Virus record (IMG/VR): IMGVR_UViG_3300027754_000034
Span: 1 to 64,000 of that record
Length of the DNA: 64,000 nt
Direction: 5' to 3' (one strand)
Of this stretch, positions 43,496 through 51,083 are shown piece by piece. The translations under genes were made by a program, and so were the position numbers. The stretch's first letter is position 1, and each line of letters begins with the position of its first letter. The notes beneath the pieces are model-generated. The model was not told the origin of the DNA and did no database searches. It worked only from the letters and a program-made list of their open reading frames with translations.

Positions 43496-43956
43496 TGGCA
43501 AATATTAATTTAAATCCTCCAAAAATCACATCGGAAGAATCCATATACCTAGCGGAATTCTTTGGGTCTACTCCTATTATGGGCGGGTCCGTTCCCATTA
43601 ATCAGCTTTCTGGCGAATTAAAAGACCCTATCTTAGGGAATTCAGAAGGCAATATATTCTTCTCCCCATCTTTTAATACCCCGAACACTAACAATTCTAT
43701 CTATGTCGAAAGTATAGAGGAAATTTGTGATGCAGGAGACTCTTACGTTGGTTTAACCAAGACTCCCCCCATTAATTCCAGACCTTTCGTGTTTGGGCCA
43801 TACGTATCATCTGGAAGGATATATCCACCAGATTTCTCAGTAGATTACGTACCGAGTTTTAATAATGTATTTGATTTCATGGGAACTCGCGAAAATAATG
43901 CCAAGGGTGTGTTCGTTGATTTAATGACTATGGAAGAAACTATCATCTTCTATTGA
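43495..43956 (+). CDS. Hypothetical structural protein
   Basis: 153-aa ORF, TAATG-coupled to the previous gene. Confidence 0.7.
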   Translation: MANINLNPPKITSEESIYLAEFFGSTPIMGGSVPINQLSGELKDPILGNSEGNIFFSPSFNTPNTNNSIYVESIEEICDAGDSYVGLTKTPPINSRPFVFGPYVSSGRIYPPDFSVDYVPSFNNVFDFMGTRENNAKGVFVDLMTMEETIIFY

Positions 43957-43980
43957 GCGTAGAGTAACTGGGAGCATAAA

Positions 43981-44628
43981 ATGCCAAAAGAGATATTCAA
44001 TAAAATGGGTTTTAATAACACTGCCACCATGAGTAGCACGATGGTAGAGTCCCTTTTTGGTATTAGCGGCGAGATTTTTTGGGAGTTAATAGATTCAAGG
44101 ACAGGTGAGACCACCAAGGGTCATATCAAAAACATAGTCACACTAGATGCAGGAATCCTGGTGGCTAGACTAATGAAATCTACGGCTACCCCAAATGTGT
44201 CCGAGCCGAAATTCGGAGTATATGCTTTAGCAGTAGGAACCGGTGATGTTGGCTGGAATCAAATGAACCCACCTCCTGCTAATGTTTACCAGCGTTCTCT
44301 ATATAATGAAATTGCTCGGAAAACCGTTGCTTCATCCTCATTTATAGACTCGGCAGGAGCTATTAGTGGTGTTCCTTCGCACGTAGTAGACTTTAATATT
44401 ACTTTCGCAGATAATGAGGCAGTCGGACCTCTTACTGAGATGGGATTACTGGGGGGAGATATTAATACTAATATGTCTATCCGCAATCCGGTTATGCCTC
44501 CGAATGGGTCATATGATCCCACAGCGGATGTTACTGGGAAAGATACCCTTTGCAATTATGTTACCTTCCCAGTATTAAACAAGCCACCGAGCAGTACTTT
44601 AAGCTGGACTTGGCGCTTAACTTTTTAG
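43981..44628 (+). CDS. Tail-collar fibre-like protein (DUF3751-like)
   Basis: NIVT...LAVGTG...LYNEIARK...EAVGPLTEMGLLGG...FPVLNK...LSWTWRLTF; RBS ggag. Confidence 0.7.
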   Translation: MPKEIFNKMGFNNTATMSSTMVESLFGISGEIFWELIDSRTGETTKGHIKNIVTLDAGILVARLMKSTATPNVSEPKFGVYALAVGTGDVGWNQMNPPPANVYQRSLYNEIARKTVASSSFIDSAGAISGVPSHVVDFNITFADNEAVGPLTEMGLLGGDINTNMSIRNPVMPPNGSYDPTADVTGKDTLCNYVTFPVLNKPPSSTLSWTWRLTF

Positions 44629-44644
44629 TGTATATTTAATATGT
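44613..44644 (+). repeat. End X, copy 1 (32-bp direct repeat)
   Basis: gcgcttaactttttagtgtatatttaatatgt, identical to 46556-46587; contains the last codons and stop of the collar gene, a TATATT box and ATG. Confidence 0.95.
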
Positions 44645-46541
44645 GAGAAAAGACATTTCCGGATTATTAGTTCATATAGATTTAGATGCGACAGAATTAA
44701 AATTTGGCGTCTTAAAAGACAATCAGTCAAGATGTGTCGTGTCTTGCCATGGGTGTCTAGAGACTCATGACTCTAAGATAATACTCTTAAAGAGTCATAT
44801 TTCAAAAAGGGAATTTTATTACTGTAGTAGCTGTTTAGGCAAAATGTCTTGGACAGAGGAAAAGAAGAAGAAAATTAAAGATTACTGGTCAGTCCCTGAA
44901 AATATATTGAAGGAGCATGAAATTAGAAAGGATAAATGGAAAAACGGAAAATATAGGTCTCAGATGGAAAATATTATCCAAGAAAGGTCTGCGACTCCAG
45001 CATTCAAGAATAAAATGTCCGTTTTATCTTTAAAGAAGTGGGAGGACCCTTCTTACCACTTAAATATCTCTGACCAGATTAAAAATAAGTGGGAAGACCC
45101 GGAATATCGTAATAAGCAGGAAGCTTATAAAACAGATGAGTGGAAGTCTGAGCATTCAAAAACGCAGACGTTACTTTGGACTGATGAAAGCTATAAACAG
45201 AACATATCACGTAAAATATCGGAAGCATGGAATGATGACGAATATAGGAATAATCAAGTAATTAAGCAGACACAGGTTTGGCTGAATCCTGATCATAAAG
45301 AAAAACAGTCACGCATGATGAAAGAAAAATGGAAAGATCCTTCTTTCAGAGCGAAATATGAAAATCTTTGGAAGTCTAAGTCATGGCGGAAAAACCTTTC
45401 CGACACTTTAAAGAAAATATGTAGTAATCCAGAATATAAAGCAAAATTAAGTGAAACCTCGAAATCTAGATGGGGAAATCCAGAATATAGAGAAAAAGTA
45501 TCAAAAGGGGTTAGTCGGGCGTGGGATGACCCCGATTACAGGCAAAATAAGGCAGAAAGTGCTAAGGCTTTTTGGGATAACGAAGATAATCGGCAAAAAT
45601 TTGCATTAATTAGAGCTGCTCAATCTGGACGTCGTTCTAATATTGAAAAAATAGTAAGCGAAATTTTAAAGGGATTAAATATTAATTTTGAAGAACAAAA
45701 AGCTCTTGGTGTTTATGTTTTTGATTTTTATCTCAATGAATATGATTTATATATAGAATGCCAGGGGGAATATTGGCATTCTTTGCCTGGTAGAAAAGAA
45801 AGAGATGCCGCAAAGTATACTTATCTTGAGAAGGCAGCTCCCAAGTCCAGAATTTTATATCTATATGAACATGAATTTATAAATCCCAATACTATATTAT
45901 CTAAATTAATGAATGCCACGATACCACAAAACATGCCAGGTAATGACTTTATTGAAAGCTTCAGATTTCAGGATCTGCTTATTAAGACAGTAGAAAGAGA
46001 GGAAGGAGCAAGTTTTTTAAATGCTTTTCACTATGCGGCGAATGGTAGGGCCGGGAAAAGTATTTATGGAGTCTATTTGGGTAGTGTGTTGATTGCTGTA
46101 GCGAAGTTTTCTTCCGTAATACGCCAAGAATCAGCTTCGTCATTAGGACTTCATCCGAAGAATGTTTGTGAATTGGATAGATTCTGCATTCATCCTAGAT
46201 ATCATAAACGAAATTTCGCTAGTTGGGTTTTGTCTAGAGTGACTAAAATGGTATTAAGTGACACTAGAATAAATTATATAATATCATTTGCAGATAGTAC
46301 CTATGGACATAATGGAACCATCTATAAAGCAGCCAATTGGGGGTACGTAAGTAATGTTAAGGCTGATTATTATTATGTGAATGAAGAAGGGTTTATCCTC
46401 CACAAGAAAACTCTTTATAATAGAGCAGTGAAGATGAAATGTACCGAAAAACAATATGCTGAAACACATAATTACATGAAATGCTGGGGCCGAGAAAAGT
46501 TCAAATTCATATACCCACGAATAGTAAAGACACTCTCCTAA
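44643..46541 (+). CDS. Fusion: Zn finger + 17-aa Trp repeats + Vsr/DUF559-like endonuclease + Mom-like GNAT DNA-modification domain
   Basis: CHGC...CSSC; WxDPxY repeats; SNIEKIV...FDFYL...IECQGEYWH...ERDAAK; FLNAFHY...YGVY...ELDRFC...NFASWVLSR...IISFADSTYGHNGTIYKAANW. Confidence 0.85.
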   Translation: MRKDISGLLVHIDLDATELKFGVLKDNQSRCVVSCHGCLETHDSKIILLKSHISKREFYYCSSCLGKMSWTEEKKKKIKDYWSVPENILKEHEIRKDKWKNGKYRSQMENIIQERSATPAFKNKMSVLSLKKWEDPSYHLNISDQIKNKWEDPEYRNKQEAYKTDEWKSEHSKTQTLLWTDESYKQNISRKISEAWNDDEYRNNQVIKQTQVWLNPDHKEKQSRMMKEKWKDPSFRAKYENLWKSKSWRKNLSDTLKKICSNPEYKAKLSETSKSRWGNPEYREKVSKGVSRAWDDPDYRQNKAESAKAFWDNEDNRQKFALIRAAQSGRRSNIEKIVSEILKGLNINFEEQKALGVYVFDFYLNEYDLYIECQGEYWHSLPGRKERDAAKYTYLEKAAPKSRILYLYEHEFINPNTILSKLMNATIPQNMPGNDFIESFRFQDLLIKTVEREEGASFLNAFHYAANGRAGKSIYGVYLGSVLIAVAKFSSVIRQESASSLGLHPKNVCELDRFCIHPRYHKRNFASWVLSRVTKMVLSDTRINYIISFADSTYGHNGTIYKAANWGYVSNVKADYYYVNEEGFILHKKTLYNRAVKMKCTEKQYAETHNYMKCWGREKFKFIYPRIVKTLS

Positions 46542-46555
46542 CCAAAATATATATA
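46469..46555 (+). repeat. End Y (87 bp: last codons of the fusion gene plus 14 nt downstream)
   Basis: Matches 47331-47416 with 6 substitutions and one 1-nt deletion. Confidence 0.93.
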
Positions 46556-46587
46556 GCGCTTAACTTTTTAGTGTATATTTAATATGT
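46556..46587 (+). repeat. End X, copy 2
   Basis: 32/32 identical to 44613-44644; supplies the ATG of the 156-aa gene. Confidence 0.95.
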
Positions 46588-47054
46588 TTGAATTGACTGA
46601 ATCAAGGTGGTGGTATTATCATGATTCTACGGCACATTTCACATTTGATGGTATTTTCGACGGGGAATCCTTCGTATTTGTAGTTCCAGTCAAATATAGT
46701 TTTTCTACAGAGGAAGATTCATATGGACTGATCCTTAACGTTCTTATCCCTGATGAGTCAGAATGTACCACTGGTGGCACTCTCAAATTAGATGGTGTTG
46801 AGGTCCCCAGAAGTGATGAACGTCATAAGAGATTCTTGAAGGAAAAAGACCTCAGCAACAAGCAGATCGGATGGTCTGCTTTATCTGATCAACTCCTTGA
46901 GTTCGTTACCGCTAATGTGGAGGCGTTGAACGAGAGATTAAGGGATGAGCGGGCCGATGACGAAGCTTATTGTGTGGAGCAGTGCCTCAAAGATCGCGCG
47001 CCGACCGATGACCTCCTCGCGCGCTTGAAGAAGCCCGATTCATTGTCGAACTAG
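46584..47054 (+). CDS. Hypothetical acidic protein (cargo of the second cassette)
   Basis: 156-aa ORF starting at the ATG within X; no SD; 3' part visibly more GC-rich than the neighbouring genes. Confidence 0.7.
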   Translation: MFELTESRWWYYHDSTAHFTFDGIFDGESFVFVVPVKYSFSTEEDSYGLILNVLIPDESECTTGGTLKLDGVEVPRSDERHKRFLKEKDLSNKQIGWSALSDQLLEFVTANVEALNERLRDERADDEAYCVEQCLKDRAPTDDLLARLKKPDSLSN

Positions 47055-47293
47055 ATCAATTGTGGATCCAAATGAGCGATCTTTGGAATTCATCTATTGC
47101 TCTATCATGATTTACATTTCTGCTAAAAAATTGAATGAAGGTACGTGAAGAGTTTTTCAGATATTGATTCATGAAGCTTGACGCTTGAACGGAGCGAAGC
47201 TAAACTTGCCGAAGCAAACCTGAACGAGCTGCCGTGGTTATTTTAGAGACGTTTAAAGATATAACGAGTTTTAGGAAGCTCTTTAAATTTACA

Positions 47294-47326
47294 AGACCAT
47301 GAAGAGCCACATGGTCTGCTTCTTTC
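47294..47326 (+). terminator. Possible intrinsic terminator at the end of the cargo
   Basis: agaccatg-aagagcca-catggtct (8-bp stem) followed by gcttctttc. Confidence 0.4.
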
Positions 47327-47330
47327 AGCC

Positions 47331-47416
47331 TAATTACAAGAAATGCTGGGCCGAGAGAAGTCCAAATTCGTATATCCACGAATAGTAAAGACACTCTCCT
47401 AACCAAAGTATATATA
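47331..47416 (+). pseudogene. End Y': frameshifted copy of the 3' end of the endonuclease-Mom gene
   Basis: taattacaagaaatgctgggccgagagaagtccaaattcgtatatccacgaatagtaaagacactctcctaaccaaagtatatata aligns to 46469-46555. Confidence 0.85.
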
Positions 47417-47484
47417 TTTTTAACCTATTTCAGGTGTAAAGTATGTAGGCTCTGATTTTTAAACAGAGTGGAAAAAGAGGAAAT

Positions 47485-47778
47485 ATGACTAAAAAAGAAC
47501 TGATTTCATCACTTGCTGCTTCAGCTGAACTGACTCACAACGATATTGCTAAGGTGCTCAAAGGCCTTACTGATGTTTGTCTGGATGAATTGAAGACGAA
47601 CAAGTCTTTCGTTCTTAACGATATGGTTCGACTCCGTTTAGTGGATAAGCCCGCTCTTCCGGCGCGTCAAATGAAGAGTCCTGCTACTGGTCAGATGATC
47701 AGTGTCCCGGCGAAGCCAGCAAGCAAGAAGCTCAAGGTGACTGTTGCAAAGCAGCTCCGAGATCTTGTTAAGGGCTGA
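47485..47778 (+). CDS. hup: HU/IHF-family histone-like DNA-binding protein
   Basis: MTKKELISSLA...KPALPARQMKSPATGQMISVPAKPASKKLKVTVAKQLRDLV; RBS gagg. Confidence 0.9.
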   Translation: MTKKELISSLAASAELTHNDIAKVLKGLTDVCLDELKTNKSFVLNDMVRLRLVDKPALPARQMKSPATGQMISVPAKPASKKLKVTVAKQLRDLVKG

Positions 47779-47812
47779 TTTCTGCCCGATAAACCTTCTT
47801 TGGCCTGGATGA

Positions 47813-50374
47813 ATGATGGGCGGTTATGAGAATTTAGGGCCAATCATAAGCCAAAACCCCCAGGCGGTAACGCCTGGGGGCGGTAGTTATTCAGCTGATG
47901 AGAGATCATATGATTCCGTAGTATTCCAGCAGAATCATCCGCCAATGGACTGGGAGATGAATCTCATCCAGTCTGTGGTCGGCAATGCTGGTCTTAGAAA
48001 TCTAGCTTCTAAATTATTCAGCAGTACGTTCATATCCGGAAACGTATTAGAATCAAATGCTCCAGGAGCATTTTACGAATTTTTACCAGCAGTAGCTGGT
48101 AATGAAAACATTATTAGATTTTCGGCTTGTGATTTATTAGTAAACGGTTGGGCTCTTCGTTTAGAATATTCAAATACTGATGTCGATGGTAAGAACTTAG
48201 TTCAATTAACTGCTCCACCATTAACCGGTATTAGGCAGGATCTTCTAATATTAGAAGTATGGAGAGCACTGCTTTCTCCTCTCCCTTCTGTAGATAACAA
48301 GAGTCTGGGTGGCTTGATACTACGAAATGGTAATGCCAATGCTCCTGATACAGTAAACTTATCGGATGACCTAATAGACCCGAATTATCTAGCAGAGACA
48401 TCTAGAAGAGTTCAGATTCAGTATAGGATTCGCATCATAGAATCGGTAGACATTCTTTCCTATCCTGACGGCTTGGGCGATCCATCAATTACTGCACATA
48501 CGGTTCCATATCTTGGCGGTTCTGATGTAAATGGAAATGATTTGCCTGCGTACGTCTACACTGCCGTAGCTGGAGACTCAGGATTATGGCGTTCCGGGGC
48601 TGGAGACGCTGCTTCAGCCACTGATATAGGGTCAGTCGATGGCTATATATGTTCATTACCATTGTGTGTCGTAGTCAGACGTAATTCCGACACTTGGGAC
48701 AAAACCACAAATCTCAATGGTGGGGTATTAATCGGTGGAGTCAGTCCTCGACCAGACGGTTTATTTTCTGATCAGATAGCCTCGGGGGACCTAATAGATC
48801 TGAGAAAATATACTGCCTGGAATGCACAAGAATTCAAGAATGATGCTGTCGATGCATTAATGCAGAATTCCTTGTCCACCCAATATGAAGAATCTGCCTT
48901 GGGAACTGGCGGAAACACCTTCCTGATGAAGGATCCGATAGGTACTTCTTCACATATTTGGAATGCGGATGGTGTTAGAACCTCATATTCAGATAAACCA
49001 GTGGTTCATCCAATTGCGTTGTCATTTACTATTCCAATGGCAACCAATACACTGACTTGTGATCTCACTATAAATGTTGATTTGCCATGGGCTTCAGGTA
49101 TCAATATACTGGCAAATGCTCCTGCAGGAACCAATTTACTTAGCATTAGTAAATGCTTCATAAATGATGGCGTAGGAAACATTTATGATGCTTTTGATTC
49201 TTCCGTAGCCTATCACATATTAAACATAGTTTATTCTATTTCGGGAACGGAAATCGATACAGCCACCATAGAATTTAACCAAAATATTCCTGTCGGGACT
49301 GTTTTTTTAGAAGCTTTGGTAGAATATCCACCAAATGTGGGCCTTTCTAGAAATGTCATCTCAATAGATAAGGTCTGGGTTCCTAATAATTTTGATGCTT
49401 GGGTAGATACCTCGGAATTCACTGCCACATCAGATGCGGATCGTAGTAGCATAAATACTTCTTTTAATATTGATTTAGTAAATAGACAGGTTACGTTCGC
49501 TTATCCCTCGAATCTCATAAGCGATACGTTTTATAACCACACTCTCTCTCAATTCATGATCCCCGACTGTGTCGATGCAAGCAGCGTTGTGATTACAGGT
49601 AAAGCAGTGGTTGGGATTGAATATAATGCTGGTTGCACAGTCATAGAGTTTAATCCCCCTGAAATGGCTCTTGGTGTTGGACTAGCTGTCGATTATGTGG
49701 CTTATCGTCCACCAGTCCCATTAGGAATGGTGCCTTATGACTCTATCGATGTTTTTTATCAAACTCGATCGATTCAATCGATACCAGTTCCAGTAGGAAT
49801 GTATTCCCCATCATTTTATCGGCGTACAGATATTGAAAGAGTGTTCTTCATATCTTCCGGGTCTGGATCCTACGATTCAGCAGAATATGATGCTTCTACG
49901 CAATTAGCGATACCAAGACTTCCAATAGTCGATTATTCCGACAGTTTATTCTCTGGATACCATGAGTCTTCTGTCGTAACAAACGGTAATGATAATGGGA
50001 TCAGTGAAGTCTTAGTGACTGAGAAATCCTATTTGGCTTCTGACGGCTTTTATCTTTCTACCGCAGGTGGAACTACACAAGATGCTGATGGTAGGAATTA
50101 CTGGCCTTACTCGCCCAATATAATATTAAAAGCATTTAATGCTACTGATTTCAACATAAGCACTCGTCGTAAATTAGCTAGTGATTTCGTCTTGGAGCTT
50201 AAGGAAGATTTCCCATCACTTGGAAGGAAAGGAAGTCTTTATCTGGCTATGGCTACGGGTTATTCATATAACTCTCGCATAAATAAAATACATACTTCAG
50301 ATTCAGTAGAACTTGACGGAGTTTCCCTCTTCAGATTAAGGGGAAACCCACTTTATTATCGGAGGTCCTCTTGA
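47813..50374 (+). CDS. Tail fibre/baseplate anchor protein, paralog A
   Basis: YDSVVFQQNHPPMDWEMNL (DUF4815/DUF6519-like N-terminus), LEVW, ETSRRVQIQYRIR, GLWRSG, RPDGLFSDQI...DLIDLR. Confidence 0.7.
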   Translation: MMGGYENLGPIISQNPQAVTPGGGSYSADERSYDSVVFQQNHPPMDWEMNLIQSVVGNAGLRNLASKLFSSTFISGNVLESNAPGAFYEFLPAVAGNENIIRFSACDLLVNGWALRLEYSNTDVDGKNLVQLTAPPLTGIRQDLLILEVWRALLSPLPSVDNKSLGGLILRNGNANAPDTVNLSDDLIDPNYLAETSRRVQIQYRIRIIESVDILSYPDGLGDPSITAHTVPYLGGSDVNGNDLPAYVYTAVAGDSGLWRSGAGDAASATDIGSVDGYICSLPLCVVVRRNSDTWDKTTNLNGGVLIGGVSPRPDGLFSDQIASGDLIDLRKYTAWNAQEFKNDAVDALMQNSLSTQYEESALGTGGNTFLMKDPIGTSSHIWNADGVRTSYSDKPVVHPIALSFTIPMATNTLTCDLTINVDLPWASGINILANAPAGTNLLSISKCFINDGVGNIYDAFDSSVAYHILNIVYSISGTEIDTATIEFNQNIPVGTVFLEALVEYPPNVGLSRNVISIDKVWVPNNFDAWVDTSEFTATSDADRSSINTSFNIDLVNRQVTFAYPSNLISDTFYNHTLSQFMIPDCVDASSVVITGKAVVGIEYNAGCTVIEFNPPEMALGVGLAVDYVAYRPPVPLGMVPYDSIDVFYQTRSIQSIPVPVGMYSPSFYRRTDIERVFFISSGSGSYDSAEYDASTQLAIPRLPIVDYSDSLFSGYHESSVVTNGNDNGISEVLVTEKSYLASDGFYLSTAGGTTQDADGRNYWPYSPNIILKAFNATDFNISTRRKLASDFVLELKEDFPSLGRKGSLYLAMATGYSYNSRINKIHTSDSVELDGVSLFRLRGNPLYYRRSS

Positions 50375-51021
50375 AATTTTTAGTCGATAAATTCACGGGC
50401 TCCATTTCTGGGGCTTATTCCGATATTGATAATAAACCCGTATCTGGAGCAATGATAATTAGTGTTCCTTCCGACTTTAAATTCAATATAGATCCTACTA
50501 TAGATAGTCCTACTTTATCTGATTTGTTGACCCAAAAATATGCCAACATTTCTGATAAAGTCAGCGGCATTTTTCCATACACCAATACGGTAAATCAGGA
50601 ATTCATTGACCCTTCTGCAATATTGAACACTGCATATTCTAACTTATATTCCATAGGACCAAATAGACGGACCGTCCTAAAGCCTACAGGTATCCTATCT
50701 GTAGGAACTGCTGGCTCAGGTTATAGCTTTGCTAATATACCGACCGATTTTTATTGTGAGTATAATGTTTACGAAATAACTGCTGATTCTAACGGTAATG
50801 CGTGGGGTCCACCAGTCTACAGGGTTAACACATCTTTTGATCCTATTATGGATGTTGAATTTCGCTTGCTGGACAATACGGGCGCAGATTTACAAACTCT
50901 TGTGTCTGGCTATAATCAGGCTAGTGTCGGTATGTACACGGGGGATTTTTTGGTGGGAATCGAAAATCTCAGTACACGCACTTTTGTATTATCAGATTTT
51001 TGTTTGTATTGGAAAGAGTAA
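50371..51021 (+). CDS. Hypothetical structural protein
   Basis: TTG start overlapping the upstream TGA, with a GGAGGT RBS. Confidence 0.75.
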   Translation: MKFLVDKFTGSISGAYSDIDNKPVSGAMIISVPSDFKFNIDPTIDSPTLSDLLTQKYANISDKVSGIFPYTNTVNQEFIDPSAILNTAYSNLYSIGPNRRTVLKPTGILSVGTAGSGYSFANIPTDFYCEYNVYEITADSNGNAWGPPVYRVNTSFDPIMDVEFRLLDNTGADLQTLVSGYNQASVGMYTGDFLVGIENLSTRTFVLSDFCLYWKE

Positions 51022-51083
51022 AGTACACTTAAGGTCGCATCATTCCTAGATGCATACCCTTATGATGACGGAGACTATTTGAA

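Larger units (their letters stand above)
44613..47416 (+). mobile_element. Tandem X-[endonuclease/Mom]-Y + X-[cargo]-Y' cassette pair
   Basis: X at 44613 and 46556; Y at 46469-46555 and Y' at 47331-47416; Y abuts the second X with no gap. Mobility is inferred. Confidence 0.55.

Noticed and set aside
44613-46587. Classical IS element with target-site duplication
   Set aside because: No transposase motifs or terminal inverted repeats, 32 bp is far longer than typical TSDs, and a TSD would not explain the Y/Y' repeat.
47200-47406. 68-aa minus-strand ORF
   Set aside because: Begins within the antisense of the Y' pseudo-fragment; no RBS or recognisable motif.
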